A DNA stretch of 64,000 nucleotides from Candidatus Zambryskiibacteriota bacterium (GTDB lineage Bacteria; Patescibacteriota; Minisyncoccia; Phycocordibacterales; WO2-35-19): the NCBI GenBank assembly GCA_048499675.1, contig JASNZL010000005.1:7386-71385 (forward strand). The letters are read 5' to 3'. The notes below the pieces were generated by a model. That model was not told the DNA's origin. It did not search any database and saw only the letters and a list, made by a program, of their open reading frames with translations. Shown piece after piece: positions 1 to 8,046 of the stretch (its first letter is position 1; the number at the start of each line of letters is the position of its first letter). A program made the position numbers and the translations under genes.

Positions 1-311
1 CCGTTCTTATACCACGGACAAGTGAACCAATATCTCACACCTCCATATCTGCAAGGGGTAGTAGTGAGAGGTATCTTGTAATCAAAGCCCTTTTTCTCCT
101 CTGTGTCTCGGTCCGTCTGGTTGTAGTGGATGCGAAGATATTTATCATCGTATCTTGTTGATACTTCAATACCGACACTGCTTTTATGTTCGCCCCACAT
201 ACCGCTTCTTGTCCAAGTCATCGTGCCAGAGTTCCACCCGCAGAAGTAGTTGTGCTTCTTGAGAAAACTCGTTGATATTTTCTTTGTGTCGTCTGCTGTG
301 CTTTTACTCAT
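1..311 (-). CDS. Partial hypothetical protein with a Cys-containing C-terminal half (MSKSTADDTKK...CRYGGVRYWFTCPWYKNG...), running off the left edge.
   Basis: Manual reverse-complement translation from the ATG at 311. The open frame continues to position 1 and is co-directional with the downstream minus-strand operon. Confidence 0.35.
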   Translation of the reverse strand, partial: MSKSTADDTKKISTSFLKKHNYFCGWNSGTMTWTRSGMWGEHKSSVGIEVSTRYDDKYLRIHYNQTDRDTEEKKGFDYKIPLTTTPCRYGGVRYWFTCPWYKN

Positions 312-427
312 AAAGTGCCGAAATCATTTGAGATTGTCGCTGTTATTTTTCTGATAAAACCGACCTTTTGCTTTTGTATTGCTTGATATTTTCATCTTTT
401 TGAATAAACCGATATTTTCCGATATTT

Positions 428-928
428 TTACGAAACGAACCCATTTTCTTTTCCGTTTGCAATATCAATATCTAATGCAATCGGGGGTGGGACCTTTTCA
501 CCATTTCTCTTTGCTTGAATACGCTCAAGTTCGTGCAGTGCTTTGTATATACCACGCTCAAGCATTGTCTCGTAGCGAAAGAAGCGGTCTGCATCGGCTT
601 TCAATCCGACAGTGCCATCAAAGCTACTCGTGAAGATGACATCATCTTTTTCAAACGAAAGTGCTCGTTTCAATCGCCAGATATTTGATGCGATTTTATC
701 TACGAGCAAGAGTTCAATCTCTGTCGCTGGAGAAAGCTCTGCACGCAAACGCTTCTCAAGTGCAAGAAGTTCCTCCTCGTCTTCGCCGTCAAAGAGTATC
801 TGTTTTGAAAGGATGCCGTGCTTGAGTGCATTGTATTTGCTGACAGCTTTTCCTTCATCGGTTTTCACTCCGCCTTTCTTTCCGTTTTCTCGGTTAGCAT
901 CAATTTGTTTTTGTGATGTATTTTCCAT
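428..928 (-). CDS. Hypothetical protein; last gene of the leftward operon.
   Basis: 166-aa ORF tightly packed after the primase gene; no recognisable motif. Confidence 0.45.
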   Translation of the reverse strand: MENTSQKQIDANRENGKKGGVKTDEGKAVSKYNALKHGILSKQILFDGEDEEELLALEKRLRAELSPATEIELLLVDKIASNIWRLKRALSFEKDDVIFTSSFDGTVGLKADADRFFRYETMLERGIYKALHELERIQAKRNGEKVPPPIALDIDIANGKENGFVS

Positions 929-932
929 AGTG

Positions 933-3122
933 TTAGAAATCTATTTCTTCGCTAGTAATATCTTCACTTTCTTCTTCCGTGTTTTTCACCCCACTCTCTA
1001 TTTCACTATTTCTTTTCTCTGGAGAAAGACGATACAAAGAGGACGGGAATATCATTATTTTTCGCTTGTCGCTCGGGTCCTGTTCTTGAACAATCAATCC
1101 AGCAGTTTCAAGCATCGGGAGTATTTGTTGGCGTAGCTGATGACTATCTAGCATCCTTCCATACACTTCAAAATGCTTATCAAGGACCTCTTGGCGTGAT
1201 AGTCCGAGCTTGCCTGTGATTTCTTCAAACACTTCGCTCCTGTCGCTATTTTTGACCTCCCACGCTGGCAAGATGACCTCTTTGTAGAGGTTGTAGATAT
1301 ATGGCGGTAGATTGAGTTCTTGGCTCACGGCTATCTTGTCCCAGAGCTTGAACGCTTCATTGATGTCCTCCTCGTTTGCAGTGATTGTGGACCCGTTTCT
1401 TTCTCGCCACCACACATTGAGAATTGCAAAAGATTTGATAAGTGAGAGTAATCGTTTGATGTCTCGCTGATGGCGTGGCTTGAGCGTTTTGTTTTTCGTC
1501 AAAAACTTTTCTTCAATCGTCTCGTGCGATGCAATGTTTATCTCCTTTATTTTCTCCAGCTTGATAGCTCGTATACGCTCTTTGAGAAGCATCCTGTCTG
1601 GGTTTTCTTCAAGCCAGCTTTTGAAGTCATCGCTATTTGCTTCCTTGCGGATTGTGGCACTGATACCTTGCTGTATTTTGTCTTGATTGACCTCGGGAGA
1701 GAGAAGAAGAAATCGTGTCGCTTCCTGTTCATCAATACGAAGTCCAGCCGTGCAGAAAATCACTGATGGATAGCCACGCAATAAAATGTTTTTTGTCTTG
1801 GTCCCGTTCTTTTGTGTCTTGTCTGTGATTTTGATAGCAATCTCTTTCTTATCGTGAGAGAGCAGTGGTCGCAATCGTGCAAGAAGTTCATTGTGTGGCT
1901 GGTCCAAAAAAATGAGTATCTTGTGTGAGAGGTCTACCAAGTAGCTGTTTTTATCTTTGTCATACTGACCGACATCGTGAAAGAAAGCCGTGGGTGAACA
2001 GTATGCGATTTCCATCACATCATCTTCGGGGAATAGCCGAGCAATCTCGGTTGGGATGTAGCTTTTTCCAGTTGATGAAGGTGCGTTGTAGCTGATGTTG
2101 AATTGTGCATTTTCGGTATATGCAGAAAGTTCACACAAGAAAGTTGCCAGCTTATTCTCGGCATCGTATTTGATGGTAAGTCCAAGTGTGTCCAAGAGCT
2201 TCTCTGAACTCATTTGAGAAAATTGAGATGTATCAATTCTTTCTGGATATGGTTTTGCATATTTTAAAAATAAGTCATCCACGGACCCTCCGAGTTTTAC
2301 AAAATAATCGGTTATGTCTCCAGCTTCTCCCACTTCTTCGGGAAGTGTGATAATGTGCGTTTCGTATCCACTATTTTCCACCATTTTCGCCACTCGTTCG
2401 GACCCCTTCTTGCCAGCTTCATCGTTATCAAAACAGATATACACTTTTGTATTTTTTGGTATCTTGCTGACCCATTCTTCTTTGAAAGTCATTGCTCCGT
2501 GTGTAGAGGTTATTGCTGACACATTCTTTGAAAGAAGAAGCAATCGGTCCATTTCTCCTTCACTGATAACTAACTGTTTAGCAGTATCAATCTTTGAGAG
2601 AATATCCCAGTCATATACCTGTGCTTCGGCTCCTTTTGGATAGGTGATTTTGTCGTTGCCGAAACTCGGGTCCTGTCTCAATTTGAAAAATGAATAATTG
2701 CCGTAAATATCCTTGATGGGGATAGTAATCCACGGCTTGCGATAGAATTGCCCGTATCCGAGCTTATATTCGTTTATAACCGCATCAGAAAGCCCACGCT
2801 TGTGTAGATACTCTCGGATGTGAGGTGGAAGTGCTTGATGACACTTTTCTACAAGCTCCGCATTGAAAGTGTCTGTCTTCTTTGTCTTGGGACCAGTATC
2901 TCCAAGATGTTTTGCAAGTGTAAAAAGATTTCCTTTTTCTCCACATTTTTTGCAGTCGTATTGTCCTGTCTCAGTGCTGAAATAGAGATGAGCTTCATCA
3001 CCCTTGCTGTCTCTATCGCAGTCATTGAAAAGACATTTTGTAATAAGTTCCTTTCCACTTTCACGAAAGGATATGTTTTTCTCTAACAAGTATTCTCTGA
3101 TAGTAATGTTTGATAGGTTCAT
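933..3122 (-). CDS. DNA primase (zf-CHC2 zinc finger plus Toprim) fused to a C-terminal P-loop NTPase domain; primase-helicase-like protein typical of phage, plasmid or integrative elements.
   Basis: CHC2-type Cys/His cluster (CLFNDCD...HLYF...CKKCGEKG). Toprim E (VISEGEMD) and DxD (ICFDNDEAGKKG). Walker A-like APSSTGKSY and Walker B-like ILIFLDQ. Confidence 0.6.
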   Translation of the reverse strand: MNLSNITIREYLLEKNISFRESGKELITKCLFNDCDRDSKGDEAHLYFSTETGQYDCKKCGEKGNLFTLAKHLGDTGPKTKKTDTFNAELVEKCHQALPPHIREYLHKRGLSDAVINEYKLGYGQFYRKPWITIPIKDIYGNYSFFKLRQDPSFGNDKITYPKGAEAQVYDWDILSKIDTAKQLVISEGEMDRLLLLSKNVSAITSTHGAMTFKEEWVSKIPKNTKVYICFDNDEAGKKGSERVAKMVENSGYETHIITLPEEVGEAGDITDYFVKLGGSVDDLFLKYAKPYPERIDTSQFSQMSSEKLLDTLGLTIKYDAENKLATFLCELSAYTENAQFNISYNAPSSTGKSYIPTEIARLFPEDDVMEIAYCSPTAFFHDVGQYDKDKNSYLVDLSHKILIFLDQPHNELLARLRPLLSHDKKEIAIKITDKTQKNGTKTKNILLRGYPSVIFCTAGLRIDEQEATRFLLLSPEVNQDKIQQGISATIRKEANSDDFKSWLEENPDRMLLKERIRAIKLEKIKEINIASHETIEEKFLTKNKTLKPRHQRDIKRLLSLIKSFAILNVWWRERNGSTITANEEDINEAFKLWDKIAVSQELNLPPYIYNLYKEVILPAWEVKNSDRSEVFEEITGKLGLSRQEVLDKHFEVYGRMLDSHQLRQQILPMLETAGLIVQEQDPSDKRKIMIFPSSLYRLSPEKRNSEIESGVKNTEEESEDITSEEIDF

Positions 3123-3133
3123 ATAGTTTTGTG

Positions 3134-3319
3134 TTAGTTAGTAATGGCTGATGGGACCGCTTCGTCTGCTTTCTTTTTTGCTTCGTGCTTCAAAACAATC
3201 TCCATCAAGCGGATGAGCCGTATGCCTTTTGTGAGAGCTTCGGTAGTGCTGATTTCAACACCAAAATGCTTTTTATACAGCACTTGAAACTCTTTGATAT
3301 GTTCATCCGCTAGTTGCAT
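3134..3319 (-). CDS. Small hypothetical protein.
   Basis: 61-aa ORF inside the operon with a 2-nt intergenic gap. Confidence 0.3.
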   Translation of the reverse strand: MQLADEHIKEFQVLYKKHFGVEISTTEALTKGIRLIRLMEIVLKHEAKKKADEAVPSAITN

Positions 3320-3321
3320 AT

Positions 3322-3681
3322 CTACTCTGAATAAAGTTTATTTTTGAGTGCCTTGAGATGGTCAAAGAACGACCTTGCTTTGACTTCTAACCTGTCCGAA
3401 AAATATCGGTCCGCTACATCTTCAATCTCATCTTCTTTTTGAAAGATGAAAAGAGCTTTGCGTGGGTCCGCTTTGTCTACTGATAAAAGCTGAAAACCCG
3501 CACACAAAAGTGCGGTTGATACGCCGAGGTCGTATGTTGTGAAAACAACAGACGGGTCATCAAGTGGGATGTATCGCCACTCCTCGTTTGTAGATGACTT
3601 TTTGTTTTTATTATTTGCCATATAGATTGGGTAATAATTGTTTGTAAGAGTGTCTTCTTGTCCGACAACAAAAAAACACAC
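3322..3681 (-). CDS. Hypothetical protein; the real start may be the internal ATG at 3621 (MANNKNKK...).
   Basis: ORF in operon context; no motif recognised. Confidence 0.4.
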   Translation of the reverse strand: MCFFVVGQEDTLTNNYYPIYMANNKNKKSSTNEEWRYIPLDDPSVVFTTYDLGVSTALLCAGFQLLSVDKADPRKALFIFQKEDEIEDVADRYFSDRLEVKARSFFDHLKALKNKLYSE

Positions 3682-3748
3682 TTGAAGTGTGCGATTTTTT
3701 GACCAATAAATCGGTCCAGTATTTCTGACTTTTCTCCGTGATTTCTCC

Positions 3749-4726
3749 CTATAATGGGTCCGCCATCATATAATGTCCCTTCGTTGGGATTGTGATGATT
3801 TCATCAATGTATTTCTTGTTTGCCTTTGAACATTTTGTCTTGATTTCATTTTTTATTTTCTGGCAAAACTTTTGAGAAGTTTCGTCCTTTGTCTTTTTTC
3901 CTTCACTTTCTCCCTTGATGAAATTGTGTATCTCGCCGTAGGGTATTTGTCGCATCCAGTTATCCCAGAGATACGAAAGAAGCTGATAATGATTTCCTTT
4001 GAGTGGGGCTGTATAGATGCGATTGTTGTCCAAAAAGAGGTGTCCGTCTTTCTTATCAAAACGAACTCTTCGTATGGCATCAAAGCATTTTACGAACGCT
4101 TTTTTATCAAACACATTCTTCTTATCTTTTGAAGTGATGATTTCTGCCAGCACGCAAGTAAAAAGGTTTTCTTTTCCAGTGATGAGGTCTGCTCTCATCG
4201 TGTTTGTGATGAGCATTTTAGGAAGATTGCCGAGTTCGTTGAAGCGGATTGTCGGTTCAAACGCATCATTGTTGCGAAGGTAATAAACTTCTACTTTCAT
4301 TTTCTTGTCTTTGTCTTCGTATATACCAAGCCGAAAGAAGGTATCGCTTGAGTATGATGCTTCGTCTTTATGTGAACCTCCGTCTACTGAAAGTCCAAGC
4401 TCGTCTGTAAGAGTTTTGAGAAAGTTCGTATTGTCGTAGTCAAAAACAGCTACATCTTCATCGGTTATTTTCTTTGTGCCGTTGCCGTTGTCGCATACAT
4501 AAAAAAGTTTTCCATTCTTATTTCTCACTTGGCACTCGTGGCTTTCATCTGCATCACAAAAATCACAATCAATAGTATCAAGATTGCTTGAGTGTTTGAG
4601 TATTTTCTTTTGAACTAGCTTTGCAAAATCCTCTGCATATTCTGTCCTTTCACTGATGCCGAAAGAGATGGGAAGGGACTGAGCTGATATTCTTTGAAGA
4701 AACCATCTCATAGTTTTATGCGACAT
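3749..4726 (-). CDS. Hypothetical protein with a Cys/His cluster (CDFCDADESHEC...YVCDNGNG).
   Basis: 325-aa ORF overlapping the upstream gene by 11 nt, suggesting translational coupling. Confidence 0.5.
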   Translation of the reverse strand: MSHKTMRWFLQRISAQSLPISFGISERTEYAEDFAKLVQKKILKHSSNLDTIDCDFCDADESHECQVRNKNGKLFYVCDNGNGTKKITDEDVAVFDYDNTNFLKTLTDELGLSVDGGSHKDEASYSSDTFFRLGIYEDKDKKMKVEVYYLRNNDAFEPTIRFNELGNLPKMLITNTMRADLITGKENLFTCVLAEIITSKDKKNVFDKKAFVKCFDAIRRVRFDKKDGHLFLDNNRIYTAPLKGNHYQLLSYLWDNWMRQIPYGEIHNFIKGESEGKKTKDETSQKFCQKIKNEIKTKCSKANKKYIDEIITIPTKGHYMMADPL

Positions 4727-5879
4727 AGATGCCCCAGTCCTTCAATAGCTTTCTTACAATGTCATCTTGGGGACGATTTTTGAGGTCGCAAGTGTTGGGT
4801 GGAGTGATGGATACAGACACTTGCTTTCGGCGACCTTTTCCAATTTGCTTGAATACCACTGTGATTTTTATGCTTTCTGGCTCCCACTCGTTGCTTGCAT
4901 CAAGGTGAAGTTCTTTGAGTATCTTCTGAACCGCATCAGTCCCAGAGTATTGCTCCTTGCCCCCGACATCAATGTAGAGTTTGTGTGGTATACCTTTATT
5001 TTTTAGGCGGATTGATTTCAAATATACTCGTTCCACTCCGTATGATGCGTTTGCGATAAGGTTCAAGTTCGCAAGGTCTTTTACAGAAGAAAGAGAATAG
5101 CGTGTCTCCTCGGTGTTTATTTTATCTATACCAAGAAAGTGAGAACAGAATAGTTTTTGCAGTTCACTCACAATCGGCTTTCCTCCAAGAGCACGAACTC
5201 CGAGCATTTTGAGGTCTGGCTTGTAAATAAAGACGACATCAAACACTGGCTTTCGGATGTGTTTCTCATCAAGCTGTTTTCCGTCAAAAACAGTGTCTCT
5301 TGTTGGTAGGTCTTCAAGGTATGCTCTCAAAATGAGCTTTCCATCGTCTTGAAAAACTTTTATTTTGCATTTTTCACCCTTGAGCGATTTTCTATATACA
5401 TTTTGGACTTTTGTTTCAAACGCTTCAATCTTTGTCTTATCGTTTACTTCTGATAAAGCGACAACACTAGGCAAAGAAAGCTCCTTTACTCCGAGTTCTT
5501 GTATATTCGCCCTACTGTAATACTCATCAAAATCTTTCTGATGATGAGTAAAAGCGAGGAGAGCACGCTCATCGTAAGTGTTCGCACGCTTTTCAATGTC
5601 ATCTTCTCTGTTTATGTCTGGGGACGAGTTGCAGAGAGCAGAGATGTGGTTTTCTGATGAGAGAGAGTTCACATACTCAAGCTCCATAAAAACTTTATTG
5701 CGGAGGTCTTCAGATTGTTTATACATAAAATCAATGAAGCGGTCCGCACACGCTTCTCTTGTTTCTTTTTTATCTCCGATTGCAAAATCTACTCCGTGCA
5801 GTTTCTTCAAATACTCATTGATGAGTTCGCTACTGATATGGAGCACAAAATCTTTCGGGTCTGAATAGTGCGATGACAT
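4716..5879 (-). CDS. Hypothetical protein and first gene of the leftward operon. The long ORF extends to 5936; the likely start is the ATG at 5879 (MSSHYSDPKDF...).
   Basis: 406-aa ORF, divergent from the R-M module; no motif recognised. Confidence 0.5.
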   Translation of the reverse strand: MSSHYSDPKDFVLHISSELINEYLKKLHGVDFAIGDKKETREACADRFIDFMYKQSEDLRNKVFMELEYVNSLSSENHISALCNSSPDINREDDIEKRANTYDERALLAFTHHQKDFDEYYSRANIQELGVKELSLPSVVALSEVNDKTKIEAFETKVQNVYRKSLKGEKCKIKVFQDDGKLILRAYLEDLPTRDTVFDGKQLDEKHIRKPVFDVVFIYKPDLKMLGVRALGGKPIVSELQKLFCSHFLGIDKINTEETRYSLSSVKDLANLNLIANASYGVERVYLKSIRLKNKGIPHKLYIDVGGKEQYSGTDAVQKILKELHLDASNEWEPESIKITVVFKQIGKGRRKQVSVSITPPNTCDLKNRPQDDIVRKLLKDWGIYVA

Positions 5880-5998
5880 AGTAATGTTGCGTAATAGTAA
5901 TAATGGGGCTCTTGTCCCCAGCACGCTTTTTTGCAAAAGAGAGCCCGATGCTGTAAGATAATGGTATCAAATGGTAAGTAGAAAATCAATCAATTTTT

Positions 5999-6217
5999 AT
6001 GTCAAACGACAACAACAAAACGCCACCTGAACAGAAAACGGAGGAGGTCCCAGAACTCCTGACACTGCAAGAAGCGTGTGATTTGCTCAAAGTTCATCCG
6101 AACACGCTCCGCCAGTGGGACAACAATGGCACACTTCCAGCCATCCGTATCGGTGCGAAACGAGTGCGAAGATACCGAAAGGAAGACATTATCAATTATC
6201 TGAAGTCCCACTCGTAA
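5999..6217 (+). CDS. Excisionase/AlpA-type (MerR-superfamily) helix-turn-helix DNA-binding protein; candidate regulator of the downstream R-M genes.
   Basis: LLTLQEACDLLKVHPNTLRQWDNNGTLPAIRIGAKRVRRYRKEDI matches the excisionase-family HTH pattern. The gene sits immediately upstream of mod on the same strand. Confidence 0.6.
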   Translation: MSNDNNKTPPEQKTEEVPELLTLQEACDLLKVHPNTLRQWDNNGTLPAIRIGAKRVRRYRKEDIINYLKSHS

Positions 6218-6245
6218 GGACACATAACCCAAGATTACAATTACT

Positions 6246-8042
6246 ATGAAAAACCAAGAAGCAAAACAACATCAAAAAGTAGAACAAGCGAAAGGTCGTC
6301 CGCTCTTGCAATGGGTCGGTAAGAAACCGCTTGAGAGTGTTCAATTTTATCCAGCACAAGAGACAGAAGTGTATGGAGACAAGGAAGCAAAAGATTTCAA
6401 TAAACTATTTTGGGGCGATAACTTGCAAGTTCTCTCACATCTTTTGAAAGAATATCGTGGCAAGATTGATTTGATATACATTGACCCTCCGTTTGATAGT
6501 AAGGCGGATTATGTTCGTAAGGTTCAAATAAAAGGACAAAAGTATGCTGGTGTTGAGCAGGGTCTTTTTGAAGAAAAACAATACACTGACATCTGGGAGA
6601 AAGATGAATATCTCCAGTTTATGTATGAGCGTCTTTTAATAATGAAAGAGTTGTTGTCTGAAAAAGGTATGTTAGTTTTACATTGCGATTGGCATAAAAA
6701 CTCATACCTCCGTTTGATAATGGATGAAGTGTTTGGTGCTACAAACTTCATCAATGAAATCATCTGGCGATATTTTATGGGTGGTAAATCAAAAGATTTT
6801 TTTGCTCGTAAACACGACACTCTTTTTGTTTATGGTAAAAGTGAAAAAGCAAAGTTGAAAGTAAAAACAAGAGAGAGGATTTTGGATTATAAGCCCACAT
6901 TTATTGATGAGAACTCACTTATCAAGGAGTTCCGTGGAATAGAAACAAAAACAAAGGAAGAAAAGTATTTTTATACGAGCACAGTAAAAGAGGATGATGT
7001 GTGGGAGATTTCTGGTGTTTTCAATATGTCAAAAGAATACTCTGATTATCCTACTCAAAAGCCAGTAGCACTTCTTGAGAGATTGCTGGAAGCAAGCACT
7101 GATGAGGGTGATATTGTCGCAGATTTCTTTATGGGTTCTGGGACCACACAAGTGGTTGCTCAAAAACTCGGTAGAAAGTGGATTGGTTGCGATATAAATC
7201 TTGGAGGTATACAAATAACAACAAAACGGCTCAATCAGATAATTGAGGACCAACAAAAAGAAAAAGCAAAGGGCTTCAAAGGTTCTCTCGGCTTCAAGAT
7301 ACTCAATGTGAACGATTATGATGTTTTCAAGAATGAGATTGAAGCAAAAGAAATCGTAATGGAGATGTATGGCGTAGAGCCAGTGAAGCGAACATACTTT
7401 GACGGCGTGCTTGATAGGAACTTTGTGAAAGTGATGCCGATGAACCGAGTGCTCAACAAGATGGATATTCGAACACTCATCAAAAATGTGGATGATAAAA
7501 AAGACGGCTTCACAGTGAAGACAAAATCAAAAGCTGGCGAGCCAGTGTATGAAGAAGGCGTGCTTGTTATCTGTTCTGGTATGGAACTTGATGTGCTTGA
7601 TTTCATCAAGAAAGAAAACAAGACGGGTGTGAAGATAGAGGTCCGAGACATTTTGACTGACAAGAAAAATCTCATCTTTAAGAAGAAACCAGAAGCAAAG
7701 ATTGATGTGAAAGCAAAAGATAAAAAGCTCACAGTGGAGCTCAAGGATTTCTATTCTCCAATACTGATGCGGAAGCTGGAGATTGAAAATGAAAAGGTTT
7801 TGAAAAAGGACCACAAAGCAAAGGTTGAAGATTTCAAACAGATTATTGATAGCGTGGCGATTGATGTGGACTATAACGGTAAGTTGTTCAATGCAGAAGT
7901 GATGGACTTGCCAGAAAAGAAAGAGGTTATCAAAGCCAAGTATTCGTGGGAGTATCCAAAGAAAGGCAAATACACTGTCGCCATCAAGGTCGTTGATGTG
8001 CTCGGCGAAGAATACTTTGAAACCTTTGAAGTAAACGGATAA
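6246..8042 (+). CDS. mod: Type III restriction-modification Mod subunit (beta-class N6-adenine/N4-cytosine DNA methyltransferase) with a roughly 230-300 aa C-terminal extension of unknown function.
   Basis: Motif IV IYIDPPFDS lies N-terminal of motif I DIVADFFMGSGTT (beta-class order), with a long middle region (putative TRD). Directly followed by res. Confidence 0.75.
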   Translation: MKNQEAKQHQKVEQAKGRPLLQWVGKKPLESVQFYPAQETEVYGDKEAKDFNKLFWGDNLQVLSHLLKEYRGKIDLIYIDPPFDSKADYVRKVQIKGQKYAGVEQGLFEEKQYTDIWEKDEYLQFMYERLLIMKELLSEKGMLVLHCDWHKNSYLRLIMDEVFGATNFINEIIWRYFMGGKSKDFFARKHDTLFVYGKSEKAKLKVKTRERILDYKPTFIDENSLIKEFRGIETKTKEEKYFYTSTVKEDDVWEISGVFNMSKEYSDYPTQKPVALLERLLEASTDEGDIVADFFMGSGTTQVVAQKLGRKWIGCDINLGGIQITTKRLNQIIEDQQKEKAKGFKGSLGFKILNVNDYDVFKNEIEAKEIVMEMYGVEPVKRTYFDGVLDRNFVKVMPMNRVLNKMDIRTLIKNVDDKKDGFTVKTKSKAGEPVYEEGVLVICSGMELDVLDFIKKENKTGVKIEVRDILTDKKNLIFKKKPEAKIDVKAKDKKLTVELKDFYSPILMRKLEIENEKVLKKDHKAKVEDFKQIIDSVAIDVDYNGKLFNAEVMDLPEKKEVIKAKYSWEYPKKGKYTVAIKVVDVLGEEYFETFEVNG

Positions 8043-8046
8043 AAAT

